Source: an uncultured delta proteobacterium
GTDB taxonomy: Bacteria; Myxococcota_A; Polyangia; Haliangiales; Haliangiaceae
DNA: 64,000 bases
Reading direction: 5' to 3'
Assembly: GCA_963848295.1 (NCBI GenBank)
Contig: CAWKDB010000010.1
Location: 1,408,001 to 1,472,000 of the forward strand
Shown: one piece after another, positions 35,525 to 45,276 of the stretch
Position numbering within the stretch: the stretch's first letter is position 1
How the letters are laid out: every line of letters starts with the position of its first letter
The notes under the pieces: generated by a model
Told to the model about the DNA's origin: nothing
Seen by the model: only the letters and a program-made list of their open reading frames with translations
Database searches by the model: none
Position numbers and translations under genes: made by a program

Positions 35525-36397
35525 TCAGATCACGCGCAGACGGCCACCGCTGAACACCGGCTCGGCCGCAGCGTGGCGGGTGCGCGGCTCGACGATTGCC
35601 GCCGGGCGGATCTCGGCGGCGCGCTCGGTCCACGCGCGCTGGACGTCGCGATCGAGCAAGTGGCTCGGCCGGACGTTGCGGAGCGCGTTGAGCATGACCG
35701 CGCGGACGTGCGGATGATCGCGCTCGAGCGTGTCGATCAATGACGTCATCGCGTCGCGCTTGAGGCCGTCCTGCGAGCCACACAGCTTGCACGGGATGAT
35801 CGAGAACGCGAGCTCACCGGCGAGCGCTGCGATGTCGCGCTCGGCGCATTCGATCAGCGGGCGAATGACGTCGAACCGGCCGTCGTCGGTGCGATAGCTC
35901 GCCGGCATCGCCTGCAGCTTGCCGCTGTAGAACAGGTTGAGCAGGAACGTCTCGAGCGAATCATCGCGGTGATGACCGAGCGCGAGCTTGTTGCAGCCGA
36001 GCCGTTCGGCGGCGGTGTAGAGGATGCCGCGGCGCAGCCGCGAGCACAGCGAGCAGTAGGTCGCGCGATCGTCGAGGTGCGACGTGACGACCGAGTACGT
36101 GTCCTCGCGCAAGATCTCGAACGGCCAGCCCGATGCGGCCAGGTACGCGCGCAAGCCGGCGCCGTCGTAGCCGGGTTGCGCCTGATCGAGGTGGACCGCG
36201 ACGAGCTCGACCTCGAACGGCAGCCGCGGCACGAGCTTGGTCAGCAAGTGAAACAGCGTGTAGCTGTCCTTGCCGCCAGACATCGCGACCATGATCCGAT
36301 CGCCGGGCGCGAGCAGCTCGTAGCGCTCGCACGTCTCGCGCACGTCGCGATAGAGCAGCTTCTCGAGTCGGGCGGACGCAGCCATGGCGCGAGTCAT
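35525..36397 (-). CDS. ttcA: tRNA 2-thiocytidine(32) synthetase
   Basis: SGGKDS, CSLCSRLRRG, ALGHHRDD, IRPL, IIPCKLCGSQ. Start may be 36385. Confidence 0.93.
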   Translation of the reverse strand: MTRAMAASARLEKLLYRDVRETCERYELLAPGDRIMVAMSGGKDSYTLFHLLTKLVPRLPFEVELVAVHLDQAQPGYDGAGLRAYLAASGWPFEILREDTYSVVTSHLDDRATYCSLCSRLRRGILYTAAERLGCNKLALGHHRDDSLETFLLNLFYSGKLQAMPASYRTDDGRFDVIRPLIECAERDIAALAGELAFSIIPCKLCGSQDGLKRDAMTSLIDTLERDHPHVRAVMLNALRNVRPSHLLDRDVQRAWTERAAEIRPAAIVEPRTRHAAAEPVFSGGRLRVI

Positions 36398-36415
36398 ACT
36401 CGATTTCGGCGCGGT

Positions 36416-38212
36416 CTACGGCGGTATTACGAGCGGAGAAAAGCTCTCTGGCGTGGTCAGCCACAGCCAGTCGCGCGCCCGGGTCGCCGCGACGTACAAC
36501 GCGCGAGCGAGCTCCGGCGCGCCGGCCGGATAGAACCCTGCGGTGAGGTCCGGAATCACGACGGCATCGAACTCGAGGCCCGACACCGCGGCGGCGGTCG
36601 TCACGATCACCCCGGGTTCGAACCGAAAGTCGCCATCGAGCACGAGCGCGGCGTCGACCCCGCGGGTCAGCTCGGCGTGGAGCCGGCGCGCGTGCTCGGG
36701 GTTGCGCGCGATGACCGCGATCTGCCGCCACGGATCGCGATCGACGAGTGCGGCGAGCTGCCAGCACAGCTGCGCCGCCTGCGCGAGCGCGCCGGGGTAT
36801 GCGCTCGCCCACACCGCCGGATCACGGGGCGGGTCGGCCGGCAGCTGCGCGCTGCCGATCGCGAGCTCGCGCGCGAAGGCGCCGATCGCGGGCACCGAGC
36901 GATACGTCACCGCGAGCGTCGCTTCGGCCCAGCGCTCGACCGAAAACTCTCGCCGCGCCGCCGGCCAGCCCGCGAAGTACGCCGTCTCGTCGGTCGCCTG
37001 CCGGTGATCGCCGGCGAGCGTGACCGTGCCATCGGGGGCGAGCGCATCGCCGATCGCGGCGAGCTCCATCGGCGCGCGCAGCTGAGCTTCGTCGATCACG
37101 ATGTGATCGTAGAGCGCGGTCCGGGTCGCGGGCAGCGCACCGATGCGCATCAGCTCGAACAACACCGGCACATCGTCGGCATCGAACGTGTGCGCGTCCT
37201 CGAGCCGCCCGCCGGCATCGAGCGCCCGCCCATCGAGCGCGACCAGGCGATCGGCATCGACGTGACGGTGCGCGCGCTCGGTCGTGGTCTCGAACTGGAT
37301 GCGGGTATGCGCGATCGTCGCGGCGATCGCCCGGTCCGGCAGCACGCCGTGCGCCGCCGCGACCACGCGTTCGAGCCGATCGCGATCGCCGAAGATGTGG
37401 AGCAAGCGCTGGCGAGACCGCGGCAGCTTCTCGGCGTCGATCTCGGGCGGCGGCTTCCAATCGCGAAAGTCGCCGAGCACCTCGCGCACCGCCGGATGGC
37501 GCTTGAGTGCGGTCACCTGCGCGCGCGCCCCTTCGCTCAGCCGTTTCGGCAGGCCCGGGAACGCGCGATGCGCCCGGTCGACGAGCCAATCGTCGACGAC
37601 CGCGACATCGAGCTTCGCGATGCGCAGCCGGTCCGCGATCAGCCGCACGAGCCTGCGCAAGCCCTCGGTCGGCACGAGCACGAGCGCGCGAAAGCCCCGC
37701 TTGCCGCGCGCGCGACGCTCGAGCGCGGCGATGCGATACAGCGCGACCAGGGTCTTGCCGACGCCGGCCTCGCCGTCGACGACGAGCGACGTGTCCGCGG
37801 GCAGATCGACGGCCCGCTGCTGGTCCGGATCGAGCACCGGCAACGCGGAGCGATCGGGCGCGGGCACGTGGGCCGGCGCCGGGCGAGGCCGGAGCTCGAC
37901 CCCGGCCGCCGTCACGATCCGGTCGTCGCCGAACAGCGCCGCGCCGTGGCCCGCGATCACCCAGCGCTCGCGCACGACACCTTCCTGGCTGCGGTCGCCG
38001 ACCTCGATCGAGTATGGCTCGCCCGGCGCGCTGCGAAAGAATGCCTCGGCGAGCGGCGAGGTTCGCCAGTCGAGCAGCGGCGGCACGCCATCGGGCTGCG
38101 TGCGCGGGCCGAGCAGGAACACGCGGTCGCCTCGCGCCGTCGTCACCGCGAGGTAGCCCTGCCCCGCCGGCACCGCCGCGAGCAAGGTTGCGAGCTCATC
38201 GAGCGTGACCAT
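36416..38212 (-). CDS. HelD-like SF1 (UvrD-family) ATPase
   Basis: LLDWRTSPLA (HelD-type N-terminus), GEAGVGKT.VALYR, IVIDEAQ, GDHRQ, YRS, GLEFD, LYVAATRA. Confidence 0.78.
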   Translation of the reverse strand: MVTLDELATLLAAVPAGQGYLAVTTARGDRVFLLGPRTQPDGVPPLLDWRTSPLAEAFFRSAPGEPYSIEVGDRSQEGVVRERWVIAGHGAALFGDDRIVTAAGVELRPRPAPAHVPAPDRSALPVLDPDQQRAVDLPADTSLVVDGEAGVGKTLVALYRIAALERRARGKRGFRALVLVPTEGLRRLVRLIADRLRIAKLDVAVVDDWLVDRAHRAFPGLPKRLSEGARAQVTALKRHPAVREVLGDFRDWKPPPEIDAEKLPRSRQRLLHIFGDRDRLERVVAAAHGVLPDRAIAATIAHTRIQFETTTERAHRHVDADRLVALDGRALDAGGRLEDAHTFDADDVPVLFELMRIGALPATRTALYDHIVIDEAQLRAPMELAAIGDALAPDGTVTLAGDHRQATDETAYFAGWPAARREFSVERWAEATLAVTYRSVPAIGAFARELAIGSAQLPADPPRDPAVWASAYPGALAQAAQLCWQLAALVDRDPWRQIAVIARNPEHARRLHAELTRGVDAALVLDGDFRFEPGVIVTTAAAVSGLEFDAVVIPDLTAGFYPAGAPELARALYVAATRARDWLWLTTPESFSPLVIPP

Positions 38213-38291
38213 GGTTGCGATGTTGCTCACGCCGCGCCGGATCGCAAGCTGGTATGCCGTTGGCGACGGCGGTACGATCTATAGTGTGGCG

Positions 38292-39233
38292 ATGCGCCGG
38301 CTCGCTCTCGTTGTCGCGGCCGGCTGTAACAGCGGGCCGACCGGCCCGGTGTACCTCGACGCACCGAAGCCGCTCGACGCGCCGGACCATCCAGGCGCCG
38401 GGCCCGGCGGCGGCTTGCTGGGCGAGCTGCGGTTCGCGATCTGCGGCGACACCCGACCGGCGGTGATCGATGACACGCCGAACTATCCGACCGCGGTCGC
38501 GGCGCAGGTCTGGGCCGATGTCGCCGCGCTGTCGCCGCTACCGCAGTTCGCGGTGACGACCGGCGACTATCAGTTCGCTTCGACCGATGGCTCGGAGCAG
38601 GCGCCGCAGCTCGATCTCTATCTGTCGGCGCGTGCCGCGTTTCCGAACTTCATGTACCCGACGATGGGCAACCACGAGTGCACCGGGTTTACCGACTCGA
38701 ACTGCGGGCCCGGCGCTCAAGATGGCGAGCCGCCGAACTACACCGTGTTCATGCAGAAGATGATCATGCCGATCGGCGAGGCGACGCCGTACTACATCGA
38801 GCGGTTCGCCGCGCAAGACGGCAGCTGGACCGCGAAGCTCGTCGACATCGCCGCGAACGCCTGGACGTTGCAGCAAGCCGCTTGGCTCGACGCGGTGCTG
38901 AGCGAGCCGACGACGTACACGTTCGTCGCGCGTCACGAGCCGATCGACGCGACCACCGCGCCGGGCGTGACGCCGAGCACCCAGATCATCGCGAGGCATC
39001 CGCTGACGTTGTTGATCACCGGCCACACGCATACGTACGCGCACGACCCCGCGTACAGGCAGATCATCGTCGGCAACGGCGGCGCTCCGCTGACGAGCGG
39101 CGCGGACTACGGCTACGTCATCGTCGTGCGCCAACCCGACGCGACGCTTCAGGTCACGTCGTACGACTACTTGAACGGGCCGATCCTGGAGCAGTTCGTG
39201 ATCAGCGCCGATGGCCTCGAGCACACGAACTGA
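38292..39233 (+). CDS. Metallophosphoesterase lipoprotein
   Basis: Lipobox AAGC, GDTR, TGDY, GNHE, GHTH, GNGG. Confidence 0.88.
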   Translation: MRRLALVVAAGCNSGPTGPVYLDAPKPLDAPDHPGAGPGGGLLGELRFAICGDTRPAVIDDTPNYPTAVAAQVWADVAALSPLPQFAVTTGDYQFASTDGSEQAPQLDLYLSARAAFPNFMYPTMGNHECTGFTDSNCGPGAQDGEPPNYTVFMQKMIMPIGEATPYYIERFAAQDGSWTAKLVDIAANAWTLQQAAWLDAVLSEPTTYTFVARHEPIDATTAPGVTPSTQIIARHPLTLLITGHTHTYAHDPAYRQIIVGNGGAPLTSGADYGYVIVVRQPDATLQVTSYDYLNGPILEQFVISADGLEHTN

Positions 39234-39306
39234 CCGCCGATTCGTGAACGCCGGGCGGTCGGAATTCTACGACGGCGCGACGTGGACCGATCTCAGCCCG
39301 TCGTGA

Positions 39307-40866
39307 TCACGGCACGAGGTGCGGCGGCGTCGCGGGCAACCCCGGCACGCTCGCGCCGGAGTCGGGCCCGAACCTGCGATCGTGGTCGCGCAGTCGCCAA
39401 TCGTCGACCTGATCGCGCGGGTGCATCGGCCCGTCGAACGAGAGCGAGAACGCGGCGTCGAAGTCGGTCGTGCCGCGCGTGCGGACGAAGATCGTCTTGC
39501 GGTTGTACGGCAGGAAGAACATCAGGAACGGGAAGAAGTTCTTCACGACGACGATGTCGGCGCGCCACGGATCGAGCCCGACCTCGGTGTAGAACGACGG
39601 GCGCATCACCATCGCCGGGCCCTCGACGACCACGAGCCGGAGATGGTCGATGACGAGCACGACGGTTCGGCCGAAGCCACGGCGCTCGTGCTTGCTCGCG
39701 ATCGTGCCGCGCACGGGTAGCGGCATCGAGTGGGCCGGATCGAGCGTGCCACCGATCGTCAGCGTGACGACATCGCCGGGCGCGCGGCTCCACAGCGTCG
39801 CGATCGCTTGCGGGTCGCGCACGGCCGCGTACGTCTTCAGGCCGCTGCCCTCTTCGAGCAACGCGCGCAACAAGTGTGTCGAGTCGCCGGGCGCGCCGGC
39901 GGTGACGACGTCCGACGCATCGGCCATCATCACGCACCCGAGCTTGCGTCGGAGCCTGGCCTTGCGCGCCGACGCGATCGCTTCGCTCGCCGATGGAAAC
40001 TCCGGCGGCTGCGCGTGACGCCGCGCCCAGCACAGCTCGGCGAGCTCGTCGGCGAGACGATCGGCGGCACCGTAGTCGCGATCGCTGACCGCGTAGGTCG
40101 ACCAGCCGAGCGCGACGTCGTCGTTCCACGGGTGGCACATGAACGTCGACGCCGACAGCACGTCGCCTCTGCGCTCGCTGCGCTTCATCCGGCGAAACAC
40201 GTGACGCATCGGCGACAGAAAATCGATGGTGTTGCCGCCGCCGAGCAGCATCGGCAGTGACCGCCACGACACTTTCGGCTTGATCTCGCCGAGCACCATC
40301 CCGATCGCGAGGTCGCCGGCTTTGCGCCCGGTCCGCGCGTGATCGCGATGCGGGTTCGTCTGGTAGCCCACGATCGCGTCGGCGGTCTCGACTCGCGCCC
40401 GGGTCAGATTCGCGTGCAGATCGTGCGACACGACGATCGGCGCGCCGCCGAGCACGCTGCGAGCCGCACGCAGCAAGCGCGAATCCGGGTCGCGGACGCC
40501 CTTCGCGCCCATCGCGCCGTGCATGCAGAAGTACATGCCGTCGAGCGGACCTGCCGCGCGTAGTTGCTCGACGAGACGACCTTGCAGGTCGTCGAACGAG
40601 GCGGCGTCGACCGGGCCACCCGACATCGCCCACGCCGACAAGATCGGGACCGGTTCGATCTCGGCCTTGCGCGCGCGCACCGCGGCCATGAACCCGGTCA
40701 GCTCCGCGCGCTTGAACATGCCGGCGATCTCGGGGCCGTTTGCGGCGGCGGCCAGCAACGCCGACCCTTCGAGATAATGCGCGGCCTCGAAGTCACCGAG
40801 CGTCGTCGCGACCGGCGACAACGCGTTCGACTCCTGAGCGATCCGGGCGAACGCAATGCGCTTCAC
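39307..40866 (-). CDS. M81 family metallopeptidase (MlrC-like)
   Basis: QESN, MHGAM, DLHAN, YQTNPHRD, DASD...AG.PGD. Confidence 0.88.
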   Translation of the reverse strand: MKRIAFARIAQESNALSPVATTLGDFEAAHYLEGSALLAAAANGPEIAGMFKRAELTGFMAAVRARKAEIEPVPILSAWAMSGGPVDAASFDDLQGRLVEQLRAAGPLDGMYFCMHGAMGAKGVRDPDSRLLRAARSVLGGAPIVVSHDLHANLTRARVETADAIVGYQTNPHRDHARTGRKAGDLAIGMVLGEIKPKVSWRSLPMLLGGGNTIDFLSPMRHVFRRMKRSERRGDVLSASTFMCHPWNDDVALGWSTYAVSDRDYGAADRLADELAELCWARRHAQPPEFPSASEAIASARKARLRRKLGCVMMADASDVVTAGAPGDSTHLLRALLEEGSGLKTYAAVRDPQAIATLWSRAPGDVVTLTIGGTLDPAHSMPLPVRGTIASKHERRGFGRTVVLVIDHLRLVVVEGPAMVMRPSFYTEVGLDPWRADIVVVKNFFPFLMFFLPYNRKTIFVRTRGTTDFDAAFSLSFDGPMHPRDQVDDWRLRDHDRRFGPDSGASVPGLPATPPHLVP

Positions 40867-42176
40867 GCTGCGGCTCCCGGGTCGTACATCTTCGCGATCA
40901 TGTCACGTACTTTCGAAGCGACCAGCCGGCGCACCGGCATCCGCGCGGCCATGCCGTACATCGGCGCGGTTCCGGTCTTCGCGAGCTTCGGCTCGGCGCG
41001 CACCTCGGCAACCGCGGCGCGTAGATCCGACAGGTAGCGCTCGACGATCGGCGCGTGATTCGCGGTGACCGTGAGATGGATCGTCGCCGGCCGATGCTGG
41101 CGATCGACGCTCCAGCCGCGCGCTTCGAGCCGATCGGCGACCGCGTAGACGTCCACGCCGAGCGCCGCATAGCTGACGATCGTCGAGTGCGACGGCAACA
41201 CGACGAGCCCGGGGATCGCCGCGATGCCGGCGCGCAGCGCGTCCGCAGCATCCGCCGCCTTACCGGCGAGCGCGAGGTAGCCGTCCTCGCCCAGCACTTG
41301 CAGCGCTGCCCACGCCGCCGCGATCGGACCGCCCGGCCGCGTGCCGAGCATCGTCGGCGATGCATAGATCCCGCCGGGAAAATCGGTCGCGACGAAGATC
41401 TGATGCCTCATGTCCTTCGGCGACCGCCACAGCAGCAGCGACGCGCCCTTCGCCGCGTATGCGAACTTGTGGAGGTCGGCGCTGATCGAGGTCACGCCCG
41501 GTACGCGAAAGTCCCACAGCGGCACGGGCCGGCCGAGCCGCTCGAGCCACGGCAGCTCGAACCCGCCGACGCACGCGTCGACGTGCAACGGCACGCCGCG
41601 CTTGTGCGCGAGCGCACCGAGCTCCGCGATCGGATCGACCACGCCGTGCGGATACTGCGGCGCGGATCCGACCAGGCCGATCGTCCGGCGCGTGATCGCC
41701 TTGCCCATCGCTTTGACGTCCGCGCGAAAATCAGGCCCGACATCGACCTTGACGAGCTTGACCCCGAAGTAATGCGCCGCCTTGTCGAACGCGGGGTGTA
41801 CGGTCCGCGCGACGACGAGCTCTCCCGCGCCGCGCGAGAACGCTCGCTTGCCCGCGCGGTCGCGATACGCGGCGACCGCGCACAGGATCGACTCGGTGCC
41901 GCCCGACGTCACCGCACCGGCGGCGCCCGGTCCATGGAACAGCGCCGCCGCGATAGCGACGATCTCGCGCTCGAGCTGCTTCAGGCTCGCGAACGCCATC
42001 GGGTTCAACAGATTCGCGCTCGCATACAGCGCGTGCGCGCGTTTCAGCATCGCTTCGTGCTCGTCGCCCGCGTGATAGACGAGCGAGAACACGCGACCGC
42101 CGCGCCAATCGGCGTCGGCTTTGCCGCGGCTCGCGAGCTCGGTCAGCACGTCTTCGGCGTTGCGCCCGGCGTTCAT
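40863..42176 (-). CDS. Sphingosine-1-phosphate lyase-like PLP enzyme
   Basis: TSGGTESIL, HPAFDKAAHYF, SAPQYPHG, LHVDACVGGF, SISADLHK, YASPT..GTRPGG, APMYG. Confidence 0.88.
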   Translation of the reverse strand: MNAGRNAEDVLTELASRGKADADWRGGRVFSLVYHAGDEHEAMLKRAHALYASANLLNPMAFASLKQLEREIVAIAAALFHGPGAAGAVTSGGTESILCAVAAYRDRAGKRAFSRGAGELVVARTVHPAFDKAAHYFGVKLVKVDVGPDFRADVKAMGKAITRRTIGLVGSAPQYPHGVVDPIAELGALAHKRGVPLHVDACVGGFELPWLERLGRPVPLWDFRVPGVTSISADLHKFAYAAKGASLLLWRSPKDMRHQIFVATDFPGGIYASPTMLGTRPGGPIAAAWAALQVLGEDGYLALAGKAADAADALRAGIAAIPGLVVLPSHSTIVSYAALGVDVYAVADRLEARGWSVDRQHRPATIHLTVTANHAPIVERYLSDLRAAVAEVRAEPKLAKTGTAPMYGMAARMPVRRLVASKVRDMIAKMYDPGAAA

Positions 42177-43483
42177 AGCTTGACCTCGACCGACAGCGTC
42201 GCGATGTTGTTGCTACCGCTGCCGCGAAAGTTCGTCGGCGGTGACGTGATCGAATCGGTCACGGTCGGAATCTCGTACCAGTAGTGGATGTAGCTCGCGC
42301 CGAGCCGCCAGCGACCGAACGAGTAGCGCACGCCGGAGTGCAGCCCCCAGTGCGTGAACGACGGCGTCTGGAACGACACGGTCTCGCTCGGCGCCGGCGA
42401 ATAGTCGTATTGCAACCCCGCCATGAGATCGACCTTCGGCAGCGCCGCGAGGTCGTGCACGCGCAGGCCACCCGAGGCTTCCCACGAGTCGTGATAGTCC
42501 TTCGGCGAGTCGAGCGAGCGCAGCAAGAAGATCCCGACGATGTCGGTATGTTGCTCCTGGAGCTGGCGATACAGCCAGTAGCGGCCCTCGGCGCCGAGCT
42601 CGATCTGGGGCGTGACGTCGAAGTTCGCGCCGACATACAGCGCCCACGGCAGGAGCTCCTTCGTCGTCTGCTGGCCTTGCAACGTGTCGCCCGGCGTCGG
42701 CGCGTCGTCGCTGTACGTCACCTTGATCGGGCCGGTCAGCGTCGCGTCGATCTTGCCGACGAGCGACGCCCCCCACGTCAGCCGCGGAATCGGATGGCCG
42801 AACACGCCGAGCTGCCACGTCGGTGCCCACCCGCTCGCATCGAGCTCGAGCAGCGGCGAGCTGCCGACGAGCGAGCTGATGTCCTGGCCGTTGACGATCG
42901 GGAACACGTTCTCTTTGCCGTGGATGCGAATGTTGACGACACCCGCGGTCGCACCGAATGCGAGCGTATCGGTGACCTTGTATGCGGCGCCGATCACGAC
43001 CTGCGGCGCGACGACGTAGCCGTCGATCAGGTGATAGCGGGTGACCGCGGTCGACGAGAACGCCGCACCGGTCGCGTTGCCCACGAACGCCGCGACGCCG
43101 CCGTACAGCTTGTGGCGCCAGATCGGACCGACCGCGGCGACCATCGGGATCACGCCGTACGCGCGCGTCGGCTTGACCGCGTTGTAGTAGCCGTCGGCGC
43201 CCGCGGTGACGCCGAGAAACTTGTCGCTCTGGTCCCACGAGTGCAACTGGAACTTGGTGTCGAGCAACGAGCCGCCGAGCGAGATGTAGAGCTGCCACTC
43301 GTCGGCGAGCACGAGCCCGGCGGGGTTGTGATACATCGCCGACGGATCGTCGGGACGGCCGACGATCGCGCCCATCCCGGTTCGCCGTACGCCGACTTCG
43401 GGGATCCCGAAGCCGCCGCCGAGCGCCGGCGCGCTGAGGGCGAGCCCGAGCGCGGCAGATACAGCGAGCGACGCGCGGAGCAT
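42173..43483 (-). CDS. FadL/OmpP1/TodX-family outer-membrane transporter
   Basis: Signal peptide, GGGF..PE.G.R..GMG, DDPSAMYHNPAGL, barrel strands. Confidence 0.85.
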   Translation of the reverse strand: MLRASLAVSAALGLALSAPALGGGFGIPEVGVRRTGMGAIVGRPDDPSAMYHNPAGLVLADEWQLYISLGGSLLDTKFQLHSWDQSDKFLGVTAGADGYYNAVKPTRAYGVIPMVAAVGPIWRHKLYGGVAAFVGNATGAAFSSTAVTRYHLIDGYVVAPQVVIGAAYKVTDTLAFGATAGVVNIRIHGKENVFPIVNGQDISSLVGSSPLLELDASGWAPTWQLGVFGHPIPRLTWGASLVGKIDATLTGPIKVTYSDDAPTPGDTLQGQQTTKELLPWALYVGANFDVTPQIELGAEGRYWLYRQLQEQHTDIVGIFLLRSLDSPKDYHDSWEASGGLRVHDLAALPKVDLMAGLQYDYSPAPSETVSFQTPSFTHWGLHSGVRYSFGRWRLGASYIHYWYEIPTVTDSITSPPTNFRGSGSNNIATLSVEVKL

Positions 43484-43543
43484 CCTTAGGCAGGTAGCGC
43501 GCCGAGGCCGTCGTCGTCCAGCGCGATCCGACGCTGTCGTTAT

Positions 43544-44404
43544 CTATTCGCCGCGCAGGGCGTCTTGGACGGCGCTCGGCGACGGTAACCGTGCATCGCG
43601 GAACGCGCGGGCCATCGCGATCGGGCTGCCGTAACCGACGAGCCGCGCCACTTCAGCGACGGTCGCTTCGGGCGCGGACAGCATCAGCGCCGCGACGCGC
43701 AGCCGCAGCACGAGCAACACCTCGCGATAACCGCTGCCTAACCCAAACGTCGCGACGAGCTCCTTCGCGTCGCGTCCGACCTGGCGCATCGACATCCCGA
43801 GGCTCGCCGCGATCTGCTTGATCGACGTCGTCGCGCCGTTCGCCTGGTAGAGCGGCTGGAGCGCCTCCCACAACCGGCGAAATGGCTCGGGCTCCTCGCG
43901 GCACAAGGTCGCCGCGACATCGTCGATCACGCCGGCGCCGGCAAGCGCGCCGATCTGCTCGCGCAACCGCCCGATGTCGTGCGGCTGATCGACCATCCCC
44001 TGCGCCGCCTGCCAGCACGCCGGCGGCAACGCGAGCGGGCCATGCTCGATCCCGATCGGGCGCTTGACGTTGATCTTGTGAAACCGCATCTGGGTCACGA
44101 TGACCTTCGGACCGTCGGTGCGAAACGTTCGCGACTTCGCGCCGACCCGCTCGATCTCTTCGTCGCGCAACATGAACGCGACCGGCGCGTCGATCGCCGG
44201 GCCCTGATCCGGGCGCCACCGCCCCGCCGCGAGCATGAACACGTAGCCGACCTGATCTGGCCTGCCAGGCTCGGCCGCGCCGAACCGGGTATCGAACGTC
44301 AACGAATCGCGAACGACGACCGTCGCGCGCACCGCTCGCTCGAGCAGCAACGTGGACCGCATCTTCGCGGCTCCGATCTGCAGTTCGCTTGTCGCCACCA
44401 GCAC
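43544..44404 (-). CDS. AraC-family transcriptional regulator
   Basis: C-terminal double HTH: IKQIAASLGMS, VAEVARLVGYGS..AMARAF. Start uncertain (44404 GTG or 44428 ATG). Confidence 0.78.
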   Translation of the reverse strand: MLVATSELQIGAAKMRSTLLLERAVRATVVVRDSLTFDTRFGAAEPGRPDQVGYVFMLAAGRWRPDQGPAIDAPVAFMLRDEEIERVGAKSRTFRTDGPKVIVTQMRFHKINVKRPIGIEHGPLALPPACWQAAQGMVDQPHDIGRLREQIGALAGAGVIDDVAATLCREEPEPFRRLWEALQPLYQANGATTSIKQIAASLGMSMRQVGRDAKELVATFGLGSGYREVLLVLRLRVAALMLSAPEATVAEVARLVGYGSPIAMARAFRDARLPSPSAVQDALRGE

Positions 44405-44426
44405 GTCGACGGTCGTAGAGTACGCC

Positions 44427-44999
44427 ATGGCCGACCTCGAGTGGCGACTCGGTGCGCGCTTGCCGGGTCACGATTACGGGATCTTCAAGACCGCGTTCGT
44501 CGAGGCCGAGCATCCCCGCGGCGGCGCGGCGAAGCGGTTCTCGCTGATCGAATGCGGCGACTGGGTCAACATCATCGCGTTGACCCCTATCGATCGCGTG
44601 GTCGCGCTGCGCCAGTTTCGCCCCGGCACGCGCCAGGTCTGCCTCGAGATTCCCGGCGGCATGGTCGATCCCGGCGAGGACCCGCGCGCCGCGGCGGAGC
44701 GCGAGCTGCTCGAAGAGACCGGGTACACCTCGACCCACTGGCGCCGGCTCGGGGCGGTCGCGCCAAACCCGGCGATCTTCAACAACCACTTGCACTGCTA
44801 CCTCGCGCTCGACGCGCGACCGACTCACGCGGCGCAACCGGACGGCGGCGAGGTCCTCGACGTGTTCACGCTGCCGCTGTTCGACATCCAGGCGAAGCTG
44901 CGCTCGGGCGAGCTCGATCACGCGCTCGTCGTCGCGGCGTTCGGCCTGCTCGCGCTCGAGCTGTGCGAGCTCAAGCGCCCCGCGCCGCGAGGCCCGTGA
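44427..44999 (+). CDS. NUDIX hydrolase (ADP-ribose pyrophosphatase-like)
   Basis: RQFR, LEIPGG.VDPGE....AAERELLEETG. Confidence 0.9.
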   Translation: MADLEWRLGARLPGHDYGIFKTAFVEAEHPRGGAAKRFSLIECGDWVNIIALTPIDRVVALRQFRPGTRQVCLEIPGGMVDPGEDPRAAAERELLEETGYTSTHWRRLGAVAPNPAIFNNHLHCYLALDARPTHAAQPDGGEVLDVFTLPLFDIQAKLRSGELDHALVVAAFGLLALELCELKRPAPRGP

Positions 45000-45039
45000 C
45001 GGCTCGCCAAACCGGCCGATTCGTGCTGATCATCGCGCC

Positions 45040-45276
45040 ATGCCGACCAAGACTTCGTGCCCCGTTTCGCTCGCGCACTTCCTCGAGAAGGCCGAGCCGC
45101 TGAAGGTGACGATCAACGGTCAAGAGATGCTCGCCGAGGTCAAGCAGTTCTCGACCGGCAGCTTCGGCTGGTACATGAACGGCAAGACCGTCGTGTCGAT
45201 CGACGGCAAGGCGATCTCGGTGCAGATCGGCATGAACATGACCGTCGTCGGTAGCAAAGACGCGGCGCGCGAGTAA
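45040..45276 (+). CDS. Small hypothetical protein (78 aa)
   Basis: Strong GC3 codon bias; beta-rich sequence KQFSTGSFGWYMNGK...VQIGMN. Confidence 0.75.
   Translation: MPTKTSCPVSLAHFLEKAEPLKVTINGQEMLAEVKQFSTGSFGWYMNGKTVVSIDGKAISVQIGMNMTVVGSKDAARE

Noticed and set aside
44404..44429. AraC and NUDIX genes sharing overlapping start codons (CCATGG)
   Set aside because: An in-frame GTG at 44404, downstream of a TACTCT box, is a more plausible AraC start and removes the overlap.
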